Of a stretch of DNA of 64,000 bases, positions 50,062 to 62,567 are shown in pieces. The DNA comes from Eukaryota sp. GEM-RC1 (taxonomy: Eukaryota). A program made the translations under genes and the position numbers. Below the pieces are notes generated by a model. The model was not told where the DNA came from. It saw nothing but the letters and a program-made list of their open reading frames with translations, and made no database searches. The stretch is from the NCBI GenBank assembly GCA_040285855.1, contig JAUFOQ010000005.1, forward strand, positions 1,798,001-1,862,000. The letters are read 5' to 3'. The stretch's first letter is position 1, and every line of letters starts with the position of its first letter.

Positions 50062-51814
50062 CTACACGTGACCAATCTTTCTCAACTGAAGCTTCACCCG
50101 ATTAATCTCAGCCCTCAATGACTCCAACTCCCCTTCTAACTGTCTGCTCTTCCTCATCTTCTCAACTCTTTTCAGTGCCATACTGTCTAACCTATTCAAC
50201 ATCCCCACTTTTTCATCGACCTCCATCTGCATCGATCTGAGCTTTTCTTCTAGGGAGGAACTGGTCTGAATGATTGAATCAGAATCGTCAGCAAAAGGTC
50301 TCACAGTCTCTTCAGTTTTTAAACTCTTTCTAACCTGGGGTTTGGTCATTTGCTTTGACTTTCCCTTCCCCTTTGACTTGAGAAACTCGTCGAAACTCAT
50401 TGGAGGAGGAGGCTTATTGGGATCGTCATCAGGAATAGAAGAGTGGAGAACCATTAATTGTTGGTAGGTGCGATCAGCTTGATCTGTGAACTGATTGTGA
50501 GCAGGGGGTTTATAACTGGGGGTGGATTGGCTCTTAGTAGATGATTGTGATTGATAGGTCTGGTAGTCGTGTTTAGACTCCGATGCTGGTGGATTTGATT
50601 GAGGTGCGTGATGATGTGATTGTGACTGAGAGTTTGATTGGGGTGGCTGCGTGGGGACAGCTGGAGGTGTATATGGTTGAGGTTCATAAGTACTTTCCAT
50701 TTTCGGCATTTGATTGTTCATGGCACGTGGATAACCACCCATTCCACCACTGCTTAGAGACATTAAATGCATGTTTTCAGCCTTTAAATGACGGAAATTC
50801 ATGGAAAGAATTTGAATTTCACCCTCCAATTCTCGAATTTTGAGTCGAGAATTATTTAAATCTTCGGAAATTTTTGACCGTTGCTGCATTGACTCTGACA
50901 GTTGATTTTGCAAAACATCAACTTTTTTTTCAGAAAGCGACAACTCTTGATCCAGTTGTTTTAGACCGTTCGAAAGTGATTGATTCTCACCACGAGCTCT
51001 ACTTAAATCACTTTCCAGATTCGATATAGATGATTCTGACTGTGATAACTTGGTTTTCATATCAGCGAGCTCAGATTCCCTTTGTAAAATCACATCAGTT
51101 TTTGTTTGCATTTCTCTTGCCATTTCACCATCCTTTTTCCCAATCAAATCCTTCAATCGATTGATCTCTTCATGAGCCTTTCTATTTTCTTCCAATAATG
51201 ATTGTACCTCAGAACCATGCTTTGACGAGTCAATATTCATCCCTTGTTTTAAAGAGGAAACAGTGTGAGAAATGGAATCTAACTCCTCTTGAAGTGCTGA
51301 GATTTCTTCATCTTTCTCAGTTAAAAGTTGTTCTCTGTGGGATAGGCGGTCATCTTTCTCAGCCAATTCTTCAATCAATCGAGGGTCTGTCCACTCAGAT
51401 GTTTGAGTATCTGTATCGACGGTGGATATATCAGGGATAGTGTGGGGTTTGTCCACAAAAGAAGATTCGGGCTGAGGACGAAAAAAAGGAGAAGTAGCAT
51501 GAGTAGGCTGAGAGGGAGTGGATTCGAGTTGAGAGAGCATGTTAGAGAGATTGCGGTTATGGTCTTTTTGGGGGAGAGGATTTGGGAGTGGGCGAGGAAA
51601 TAGAAGGTGAATAGACCTGTTCAGCTTCCCACAACTGTAGGAGCGAAACTGCATCAGTAGGAAGGTCTGATGAGTGAGTAGGAGGGGGTGAATGATGTGA
51701 GATTGGAGGATAGTCAGGAACAGAAGACGGTTGCGATGTGACATGGCGACGTTCATTGATGACTCCTAAACCCAGCTGTTCCAGCATTTGAGACACTTCT
51801 TCGTCATGAGGCAT
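50062..51814 (-). CDS. Coiled-coil hypothetical protein (start 51814, frameshift in the C/A run at ~51570)
   Basis: Heptad-rich E/K/L/Q segments; ORFs 51557-51814 and 50062-51756 overlap at a homopolymer. Confidence 0.75.
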
Positions 51815-51890
51815 TTGTTGAAAATCGACTGGAATTGTTCAAAGGAAAAAGGTTTCTCTCAAACACAGACTGCTATACTAAGAGCTTCAA

Positions 51891-52788
51891 ATGACTCTTC
51901 TTTATCGACAACATGGACTTCAATTCCCACTTGATACTGTACAGATAATATCTTGGCTGCTTTTCGCCTTCTTTTCAGTCGGATTTTACTTTCTTCTACT
52001 CCCGTTCCTTCCTCATCTTGTCTATGACTTTGTAGTTATTCCTTACTCTGTATTTCTTTTATTTGGTATTGCTTTAAAGATTCTGTGTTCGTACATTGAT
52101 CCGAAAGATCCCAATGTAGAGTATGATAAAATCAGCAAGGCCTCGAAATCGCTGCCTCCGGGGTTTAGGGTCATTGACGAACACAGGTACTGCTGTATAT
52201 GTAAAACTTTTGTAACTGACAAAGCCAAACACTGTAAGCTTTGTAATAAGTGCGTGGAGCACTTTGACCGTATGTAAACGTGACCCTTCTTTAATCTTAG
52301 ATCACTGTAAGTACATCAACAACTGCGTCTCAAAGACCAGAAACTACAAACCCTTCTTTTGTCTCGTCATCATCATGTCAGTTCTCTCTCTATCAGTAGC
52401 AATTGGAACTTGTTTTATAGTCTTTCTCATTCTTGTCGGACCCCTACGACCAATGTTCAAAGTGGTCTCACTGCGGTGGCTTAGGATCATCGGGCTTTCA
52501 CTACTGGGCGTTCTATCGATCCCTGTTTCTTATTTGATTATCCAGTTACTTGTGTTTCATATTGGTTTGGTTCGAAACAAGATTACGACGTATGATTTTA
52601 TTGTTAGGTCGAGGAAACGTCGTGATCCGATACCCAAGAAGGTAATTGAACAAGAAGGAGAAGAAAAGACCACTGAAATACTACTTCGAAGGCCTACTTT
52701 AGATAATAATAGTGCAGGAAGTAGCACTGAGAAAGAAACATCACTGTGCACACCTAGTTGTATCATTAAGCCCACAAAGTTGGACTGA
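51891..52788 (+). CDS. DHHC palmitoyltransferase (ZDHHC1/11-like), two exons 51891-52269 and 52301-52788
   Basis: HGLQFPL N-terminus; YCCIC...KHCKLCNKCVEHFD|HHCKYINNCV; ITTYDFI. Confidence 0.93.
52270..52300 (+). other. 31-nt spliceosomal intron
   Basis: GTATGT...TTAATCTTAG; removal restores GAC CAT CAC TGT = DHHC. Confidence 0.93.
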
Positions 52789-53038
52789 TGGAGGTTGTTC
52801 TTGATGTTTGTTGTCGTTAGTATGTTCAATTGTGAACGTCTCTAAGGTTCGTCGATGCTGTGTGTTCGCAGATAGTAATGTACATTTCAATATGGAACAC
52901 ACTTATACTTAGCTTGTTGGTTCAACTGTCGCTCCTCAGTTTCATGCTTTTTTTGATAATTTTGAAGTTTCTTGACAATTTGTCTCACTAAATAAATTAG
53001 TCTCGTCGGCGAGTTAATCTGTGAATAATGACTTGTAA

Positions 53039-53176
53039 CAGGGATCGGAAAAAATATATTTATATTTATTGTCCACCAACAATATTTATTGGCAATAAGA
53101 GAACTGGAACAATATGATATTGTTATTGTACTTATTGCAATATATTGCAATATCAATATATTTTTTCCAATCCCTG
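53039..53176. mobile_element. 138-bp hAT-like MITE upstream of DPE2
   Basis: TIR CAGGGAT(C/T)GGAAAAAATATATT and ATTGCAAT motifs as in 21008-22221; the 8-bp flanks match only 5/8. Confidence 0.75.
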
Positions 53177-53300
53177 ACTGGTGTCACTCTTCAGAGTAGT
53201 AATTGATTGTACAATATTCCGACCGCTGACACATCACTGAATATTGGCCGTGTTTCAGTTTTCAAACACCTCTCCACATCCTGCTTCTTCTTCTTTACCT

Positions 53301-56150
53301 ATGCTGACTTTGGCCTTTCGTATCCACTACGCTACGGTTCCTGGAGAAACTGTTTGTGTTAGAGGAAACACACCTGAACTAGGTGACATGAATCGTACCA
53401 GTGCTCTTCGTCTTGTCTACCAAGGTGACGGGGAGTGGTTTGGTAGTGTTGATATTCCCGATGAGCACCTCAAGAAATCCCCTGATAACCACCTTAATGG
53501 AATTTCTTATCGCTACTATGTTTCTCGTCCATTCGTCGATCTTGAAGAACATGGAGACGATCGTGTCATCCACTTCCATCGTGACTCCCGTCTCATCCGA
53601 TGCAACGATACTTGGCGTCCATATCTCTCTGCAGAGGACTACATCGCCGAAAGAGCTGTTATGCGTCGTGTTCTATGCTATAGACAGTCCGCTGATCAAC
53701 CATTAGAATACCCACCTCTACCTCTATCAGGAAGTGTTTCCGTCCGCTTCTCCATCAACGTACCCCGCCTCGATCCCCACCACAAGGTTGTTCTCGTCGG
53801 AAGTTCCACTATTCTTGGTAGCTGGGACTCCCGTCTAGGCGTCCCTCTCCTTGACGGAACCTTCCCAATCTGCTCTGTTCATTTGAACATTCCCAATGAC
53901 AAGCTCAACTTCGAATACAAGTACGTCATTGTGGACAGTGAAGGCCATCCTCTTCATTGGGAGTCCTTCGAGAACCGTACCTTCTCCAAAGGGTTTATCC
54001 CTCCCTCTACTGACCTTCACAACACGATTTGCTTCCAGGATGATGGAACCTTCCGTTATCCCACTAGTGGCCAGTTCAAGGGTTTCGGTGTAATTTGCCC
54101 AATCTTTTCACTCCAAAAGTGAGACTTCTTGTGGTATTGGTGAGTTTAATGACTTAAAGTTGGCTTCTGACTGGCTGTCAGCAATGGGGTCCAAGTTAAT
54201 TCAAATTCTTCCCATTAATGATACCAGAGTCTTTGGGGACTTCAGAGATTCGTACCCGTATTCAGCCATTTCCGCGTTTGCTCTCCACCCTATCTACATT
54301 CATTTACAAGCTCTGCCTGGAATCACTGAAGAAATGTTGGAAGAAATCGATGAGTTTACAAAGAGATCAAATGACCCCAATGAGGTTGATTACGATCCCA
54401 GAATTCAATTCGACTATCCAAATACTATCAAATTTAAAGAAGAGATCATCCAACGAGCCTTTGACAACTGTATTGATTCCTTTAAAGATGATAAAGACTT
54501 CAACAACTGGGTAGACAACAGTAAGGCTTGGCTTCACTGGTACGCCACCTTCCTCTACTTTAGAAAGATCAACAATGAACCTAAGTGGGAGAACTGGCCT
54601 AAGGAACATACGACTAACCTTACAATGGAAAAGATTCAGTCGTTTTGTTCTCCTGATCATGCTGCTTACAAGGACATTCTTCTTGTTTTCTTCACGCAGT
54701 ATAACCTTCATCTACAGCTCTTGGAAGCTACTCAGTATGCAGCTAAGCACGGAGTCTGTGTTAAAGGTGATATTCCTATTGGAGTTGATAGAAACTCAGT
54801 AGATGCTTGGAAAGATCAAGATGAGTACAAACTTGATAGGTCAATCGGAGCTCCTCCTGATCCCTTCTCTGCCACTGGTCAGAACTGGCTTTTCCCTCCT
54901 TATGATTTCGATGTAATGCTATCAAAGAGTGATCCTCTAGCTTGGTGGACAACTAGAATGAAGCACATGTCAATTTACTTCCATGCTTTTAGAATTGATC
55001 ACGTCATTGGATTGTTCAGGATCTGGGAGATTAGAGCTGATGCGAAGACTGCAATCATGGGTCGTTTTGAGCCTACAATCAAGTTTTCCGAAAGTGATTT
55101 AAGAAATCAATATGGCCTCTGGGACTTTGAACGTCTCTCTCTTCCCTATGTTACTGAAGATATCCTTGGTAAATGGTTCGGGATCGACAAGGACGAAGTT
55201 CAAGGTCGTTACTTCATTCATCAACATGATAGACTCCAGTTTAAACCTGAACTACTGGTCTCAGAACTAGCAATGCTAAGTAAATTGGACGAGGATTTAG
55301 CAAAGGAAGTTAAGGAGAATCCTGACCAAGACAAGTATATGTTGGAATCCAAATACTTTGATTGGAAGAACAAACTGCTTAGTTTATGGAATGAACGAGT
55401 CTTAATTGAAGAAGAAGAACATGGGCAGGTGTTCTACTATCCTTTGTTTGATGCCAAGAAGACAACAAGCTTTAGACACCTTTCTCCTGGTGATCAAGCT
55501 ATCATTTCCACTATCCATGAGCTCTACTGCTACGGAACTATCCAGAATGACGTTTGGAAGTCCTCTGCTTACCGTAAACTACCTCAAATTGCTCATTGTC
55601 ACGACATGCTTGTCTGTGGAGAGGATCTTGGTGTAGTTCCTGCGTGTGTCGAGGAAACTCTAGAAGATCTACGTATTCTTGGTCTTAGAATTCAACGAAT
55701 GCCTCCCAACCCTAAGAAAGAGTTTGGTCATCCAGATGATCCTCAACTCTACAATTGGATGACTGTTTCATCTCCTTCTACTCACGATATGCCTTCTCTC
55801 CAGCACTGGTGCTTAGAGGATAGAGATCGTCTACAACGTTTCTGTAGTAATATTCTGGGAGTTCATGAGATTCCTGGAGCCTCGGACATTGCAATGAGAG
55901 TGTTTCAGCAGCATATCTATGGAAGGTCAATGTGGACCATTTTTTAGTTCAAGATTTGATTAGTATTTCTGATAGATTACGTTGGAAGGGAGATCCTGAG
56001 TTGGAACAAATCAATGTTCCTTCTGAAAGATGGCATTATTGGAGATATAGAATTCATCATCCTCTTGAGCAGTTGTTAGGTGATCGGGAGTTTATTAATG
56101 ACGTGAAGTCTTCTTTGATTAAGTCAAACAGATTTTCTGTTTATGGATAG
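53301..56150 (+). CDS. DPE2: 4-alpha-glucanotransferase (2x CBM20 + GH77), two homopolymer frameshifts (~54116 and ~55943)
   Basis: GNTPELG and VGSSTILGSWD CBM20 motifs; QILPINDT, DSYPYS, KGDIPIGV, GAPPD, GQNW, RIDHVIG, GEDLG, IQRMP, STHDM, INVP, WRYR. Confidence 0.92.
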
Positions 56151-56518
56151 ATTTGGTTAATTGTTTATAAAGTTGTCGTTTTTTATGCTTTTAATGTAAG
56201 CTGGGTTTCATGAAATCTTACATGATCCACAGAAGAGTCTTTTCTAGAAATACTTATTGATTTTTTAGTTTTGATCAACATTTACTTGACAAAAATGTAC
56301 GAAGTCAAACAAACCACATGAACTCAGAAAACTCGGGATATATTACGGAATCCAATTCAGTGGAGAGATACCTGTAAACTAGAACTGAATGTCATTAAAG
56401 AAAACGGTCAGTGTCATTCAACGCACAGAAGCCTTTCTTGATGGAAAACAGTAAGAGCTAAAAACAGCTTTTTGAAATCATTCCAGAAATTGTTGTAATG
56501 GTTGTAAACACAATACGT

Positions 56519-57019
56519 CACTCTGCACAACCATTAGTCTGAATCAGACTAATTATGAATGTCCAGTGAAACAGTACCGAACAATAATTACTCTGCATCT
56601 GACTAATTACTGATTCTGACTAATAAATAACTAGGAAAATTAGTCTGAACAGATATCTCAAAGAAAAGGAATTCCTTGGCCATCAATTGTTGTTATGTCT
56701 TCAGCAATGTTACATTGAACACCATGATCGTTGTTTGTACCGTCACATGTTGTTTTAAACAGAAGAAATTCAGACACAGCACTGGTCTGCTATCAGATTA
56801 TCTCTTAAAAATTGATTAGTCACCGCATTGTCCTTCAACAAAGTGTGAACACTGTGGGACAATGTTTGTATACGTAAATTCAAATAGTGTCTAGAAAATA
56901 TATGAAAGAATTCGACTGTGTAAAACATATCACTAAACTTTTTTGGACCTAAAGTGATCAAACAACAATTGGTCTGATTCAGACTAATTATGTATTCGGA
57001 CTACTTGTTGTGAAGAGTG
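56519..57019. mobile_element. ~500-bp MITE (TIR CACTCT[G/T]CACAAC, AGTCTGA-W-TCAGACT palindromes)
   Basis: Inverted termini; TA is present on the right flank only. Confidence 0.65.
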
Positions 57020-57558
57020 TAGTAGGTGGAATTAATAAAAACTTGGGGACTTATGAACATTTGCAAATGTTTAACACAGGAACATTCATTCACATATTCA
57101 CTGATTAAGACGTTTCAACTTTAATTCAAAATTCAACTTGGATCATGACTTTTTATAAACTTTCTTCAAGTGATCCACGTAATTAAAATATTATCATGAT
57201 TAATATTGATTGATATGATTATTTTGTACCTTGTCAAATTCAACCCCTTGAAGATGATCGTATGAACACACAATGAATCATTTTAGTCTGTTGCAAAACA
57301 GCCAGCTGCAATGGAATCCACCACTACTTGTGAAGAAAGGAGCAATTAGATTACCACCGGCTGCAAATGAGTTTATTTGCAACATCTGAAAGCAAATTGA
57401 TAACGTATCATACAGCTTTAATAATGTTGTTATGACTCTTTGCTGATAGGACGTCTCTGACTGCTAATCTATTTCTTCTGATGCGGTTCGGGGAATATAA
57501 ATGGCCAAATACAATGAAGGTATTAGTTCAAAGATGACACTTCTGTTCTTTCTCTACA

Positions 57559-58984
57559 ATGATCACACCTCGCCGTGAATCTTTGCTGAAAATGAGTCGT
57601 CCATCCCTTTTTAGTCTCTTCTTTGTGAAGTCTAACTCTGACGAGCTGTCGGTATTGCCTTCAACCAGACATCAACCCTCTAAACGCATTTCTGTTCAGC
57701 AGTCTTTGTTGATTCTAATTCATCTTCACTTGCTGAGACGTCTTCTCAAGCGTCATTTTGAATACGATGCTGATCAGAATCTCACTGATATGAAAACAGC
57801 ATTACCTGCATTCTTTGGACAAGTTGGCTATGTAAGTAATCACTTTCTTGATTCTTCATTCCAAGCAGTTAAAGTGTATTTCGAAGTTCACACCTTTCAT
57901 GCTGATCTTGAACCCCTTCCCAAACTAATTTCACTTGCTTCTTTCTTTGGAGCAGATTTACAATCTGTTTTTTTGCACGCTGCTGGAACTTTTGAACTTG
58001 AGAATTTTTTCAATTATTCTGGTATAATTACAGGATTGAGAATCAAACTAAGGGAACCCTCTGATTTAGAGTTCCTAAACACTGCTTCATCTTTATTTCC
58101 ACGTCTTAAGGAACTAGAAATAAAAGTGGCGAGACAACGTTCTTCCGTTTCTATGTTGTTGATTGAGGCGTTGAAAACCAATACGACAGTTACAAGTGTC
58201 ATTCTGGTTTGCAAGTCTATTAAAGATGAAGGTGCCAGAGCTTTGGCAGATGCGTTGAAAGTTAATGCTTCAGTTACAAGTATTGATCTCAGGGGAAACT
58301 CTATTGGAGCTGCAGGTGCCAGAGCTGTGGCAGAGATGTTGATACTTAATGTTTCCAGTTACAAGTATTGATCTTAGGGGAAACTCTATTGGATCTGAAG
58401 GTGCCAGCGCTTTAGCAGAGATGTTGAAACTTAATGTTTCAGTTACAAGTATTGATCTTGGTCACAACGATATTGGAGCTGAAGGTGCCAGCGCTTTGGC
58501 AGAGATGTTGAAACTTAATACTTCAGTTACAAGTGTTAATCTGGAGGGCAATTCTATTGGAGATGAAGGTACCACCGCTTTGGCAGATGCGTTGAAAGTT
58601 AATGCTTCAGTTACAAGTTTTGGTCTTAGATACAACTCTATTAGAGCTGAAGGTGTCAGAGCTTTGGCAGAGGCATTGAAAGTTAATACTTCAGTTAAAA
58701 GTGTTGATCTTCGTACAAACCGTATTGGAGATGAAGGTGCATGCGCTTTGGCAGATGCGTTGAAAGTTAATGCTTCAGTTAAAAGTGTTGATCTACTTCA
58801 TAATTATATTGGATCTGGAGGTGCTAGAGCTTTGGCAGATGCGTTGAAAGTTAATACTTCAGTTAAAATTGTTAATCTAGGTGGAAACTCTATTGGAGAT
58901 GACGGTGTGAGAGCTTTGGCAAAGGCGTTAAAAGTTAACCCCGGACTTAAAATAGTGGGAGTCAATCACCCTGATAACTCATAA
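57559..58984 (+). CDS. LRR protein copy 8 (9 repeats), one frameshift at ~58355
   Basis: gtttccagtt versus the family consensus gtttcagtt; cap VNPGLKIVGVN. Confidence 0.88.
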
Positions 58985-59636
58985 TTAGTTGTCGATATAA
59001 CATAAACGGATTTATGTGCAGAGAAAAACAAACAACAAGAAAACAACAAATAAATAATGACTGTTAAAACAAATTATCAAACGCACTCTCTGTTCCTAAT
59101 TTCAGAAGATAGTTACCACCAAACCAATTGGACAAACAAACTTAATTCCGCACCTAATAAGGTAACCTTCCTACAAAACTATGAAATTGCAAAAACAAAA
59201 ATTTGAAAAATTGGACAAAATAGAATCAACACATCTATACACTGACATGAAAGACGATATCATTGTGTCTCCGTGAATTCAAGGCAGAAACTTGATGTAC
59301 GTACTTAGACACTTTATCGTCCTCAGCATATTTTATTTTACTGGATCATTTGAAGTATTCAACATATTGGCAATATCGGAATGTGCAAAATTGAATTACA
59401 ATACAAGACCTTTGAACACCTAGACCAAATGATGAAAGTTAGCCTTATCTTTTTCTTTATCATCATATATTTTTAAACATACACATACCAAATGGTTACA
59501 AACTGAAACGCAGTCTTATGTTAACAAGCTATTCATGGCCTTTTGATTAAAAATATAACTCGCTTGCAAATTAGTGATGAAAGCAGATGCTGAATTACTA
59601 CTTATGTCTTGTAAAAAAGAACAGAAAGGAGGACTT

Positions 59637-59778
59637 TGTTAGCCACAGGTGTATTGAAATGTTACGAGTACTAATTTATAAACACTTTTTAATTTCCCCT
59701 CTGCTCCTTTATCATTATCATCATGGTAAAAAAGGAGAATCTTACTAGAGCTGATCCTAAGAAAGGAGTTACTAACCG
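59637..59778 (+). mobile_element. LTR + gag start fragment, same family as 37933
   Basis: TGTTAGCCACAG...ATGGTAAAAAAG...cctaagaaaggagttactaaccgc. Confidence 0.7.
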
Positions 59779-59990
59779 CTGCCAAATAGAGCACCCCTAA
59801 TACCAAAATAAAAGGGTGCTCTAAGATATAGCACCTGCCTAAGAGCACCTGCAATTATAAAAGGTGTCTATCTGGTCACACAAATGACAAGTAGCTATAA
59901 ATTAGAGCACCTGCCGAATAAAGCACCCATAAAACCAAGGGAAAAAGGTGCTCTAGAATGGAGCACGGTGCTCTATTAGGCAGGGTACAG
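59779..59990. mobile_element. MITE-like element with AGAGCACC/GGTGCTCT repeats
   Basis: ctgccaaatagagcacc ... ggtgctctattaggcag inverted termini. Confidence 0.55.
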
Positions 59991-60599
59991 TTTTTGGGTG
60001 ACTTATATGATAGTAGAGCTGGTGATACTTATTGGTTTCCTTTTACTTACTCTTGGGATCCTAGACATAATATCACCAATGATTTTTTAGTGCAGATATT
60101 CATCTGATGATGGTCAGTCAGTTGGAGATAAATACTTCGCCTTGCACTTTTATTCGTTGATCAATAAACACCAAGTTATACCACATTGTTTGTGTAACTA
60201 CCGAATGGCTCCCTTCTAGTCATCAGTATAGACACTAACTTGCGGCTACAAGAGTTCTTGATAGTTTGTCAACTTCAACGCAAGATGTTGACTCTGTGTC
60301 TGTTCAACCTTTCTCTGGATTTGGTGGTTCCCAATTTGTACTCCTGTTAGCTTCTCAAGCTATGTGTGAAAAAGTTACATGTAGACTTGCTCCGCACCTT
60401 TCTGATTCAACCAAATTAGATCGTGTTTAAAGATTCTCTCTTGGTGCAGTTTACAGACCTGAACAGGTTGCTAGCTTTACAAACGGTCTTAAAGATGGTA
60501 TCTTTACCCAAAAGTTTGAAGCTCAATTTGGTAAAGAAAGATTCATCAGCTTAGAAGAACCTTGCATATCTGATCTTAACTCCAAAGAAGAATAGTATT

Positions 60600-61717
60600 A
60601 TCAATAGATTCCAATTTTCTCTGACGTTGAGTTTGAGATAGAACATGCGGCTGGTGCAAACAATGAATGAACTGACATGTCATCACGTGTTATTGACAGT
60701 CGCCCAGTTGAAACCAGTGTTCGAAATGTGTCGAACACGTTCGGACACGTGTGCGGTTCGGATACGTGTTTCACATGTTCGTTTTGTTTTTGGACATGTG
60801 TTTGCTTGACTTAATGCTGACACAATCGGTCCACTCCCAAAAGATCAAAATGGAAACCAATTCATATTGGTGTTTGTAGATTCTTTCACCAAATACACCA
60901 TTTTGAGCTCCCTCGAAGAACTTAACAGTAGACAAGTAGAATATCGTCTAGTGTGAGATGTCATTGCCTTCTTTGGGACACCGTTTTGTGTCAAACAGAG
61001 ATAGTGGTACCCAATTTGCCAATGCCGTTTTCGAGACAACATGTAACCTACTGACGATTGAAGTAAATCATCCGATTTCACATTTCTCCAGGATGATGGG
61101 ATGGTGAAACCAACGTCACAGAAACGTTCTACAAAGCCTAGGTTGTTTCACTGTGTACTTAAATGATTATGACAATTTGTCTACGTAAATTTCAACTGTA
61201 CAATTGCAAATCAAAGCAACATGTAGTGATATGACTGAGCACCCATCTTAAGACACAAGTCCTGGAACAGATCCTAGTATTTGACTAGATGCTGTTGAGA
61301 AATCGACGCTGAATGTCCAAATTGCTGACGATACTAAAATGAATCTAGAAAAATTAACGAAGAAAAGAGATGAGTTAATGATTCGACAACAGTCAATCAA
61401 GCTCAAGAAGATTTCTGAATGTAGTAAATAATTTAGGATTAAAGATCCACTTTTGAAGTCTCGAAGACTAGTAAGCTCCACTATAATTACTCTGGGTCTT
61501 TCCCTGATGTCAAAATCGACCCGAAGTCGGCAATGTCTTTAAAAAATCTGATCACTTGTCATGTTAGTAAGACTAGCATGCATCAATGTAAGACCTTCCA
61601 ATGAAATGGAAATAGAAGAAGAGGTAATGTTATCCAGAGGTATTAGTGTGGTTACGTAGTTTGCTATTTCACTTTATAAACACCTTTTAGCTTCCCATTT
61701 CACCTGTTCCGGCATCA
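60600..61717 (+). mobile_element. Decayed Gypsy RNase H/integrase remnant followed by a purine tract and a 90-bp LTR (61628-61717)
   Basis: FEIEHAAGANN and ADTIGPLPKDQNGNQFILVFVDSFTKYT; LTR TGTTAT...GGCATCA. Confidence 0.75.
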
Positions 61718-61731
61718 CTAAATCAGACGAA

Positions 61732-62200
61732 CTACCATAAAAAGTGTGAACAAAATTCCAATTCTGGAAATGTTGCGTGTAGATGTGGTAAAATAGCACG
61801 TTTGACAGAGTTGAATGCGTTATTTAAGTCAAGAGTAAAAACAACATTGTCAATTTTCATGTTTGAAGAATGAGATGTCAAAGCTGCAACTGAAGTACCA
61901 TCAATTGTTTTAATTCCATACTGACAAAAGGGTGATAATTTCGGATCTCTGTTCAAAATTCTAGAGATGAGAAAATTCTAAATCTCGATTCCGCACCAGC
62001 AATTGGACAAATTGTCTTATTTTTTCACCAAAACTACAAAACGCGACGCACTGGGTACTTTTGGGGCAACAGTTTTCAACAATAAAACGTCATTGAAAAA
62101 CTTACAAATGTCATAAACAATAAGACAATGTTGTCTACAGACTGTTTGTAAAATATGAAATGCAATAACAGAAAGTCCAGAAGCTTTCCAGATGGCAACT
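61732..62200 (-). pseudogene. CRE/SLACS-type non-LTR reverse transcriptase remnant
   Basis: CQYGIKTIDG...TLDLNNAFNSVKR...FPEL. Confidence 0.75.
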
Positions 62201-62567
62201 TTATGATCAAGTTCGTTAAATTATCAGACAAAATAGGATTTGTCTCCGATATGTTGGACTAAGTGGAACTTCAATATGAAAGTTTTCCTTGAAATACGAT
62301 GATTGTACTTGAGAAACTCTATCGTCATCAACAAAGCTAGTGCATACGAGAAAAGAGAAGTGTAGCAGAACTATAACGACAACGAAGTAATTGCTGATAA
62401 ATATGCTTATCAGCGGATATTTTAGAAGGCTGTAAAATTTCTGGGTTTTTTTCAGGATTCTTCTATACTTCTTTGTTGAAGAAAAACAGGAATAATATCC
62501 CATTTTCCTAATTTCAAAGAGATTGTGATGGAGTGAAAACCAACAGAAAAAAGAATAGACGCTTTTG

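Noticed and set aside
54110..55950. Euplotes-like programmed frameshifting or stop-codon reassignment
   Set aside because: The shifts go in both directions with no common motif, and genes end normally at TAA, TAG or TGA.
60715..60805. Cluster of GACACGTG/TTCG-like repeats inside the integrase remnant
   Set aside because: Short and irregular with no definable ends; probably a fragment of a MITE terminus.
16666..61721. Three 3' LTR flanks begin with CTA, suggesting a target preference
   Set aside because: The other flanks (CAAA, ACAA, ATCC, CATA, ACTT) do not fit, and the sample is too small.
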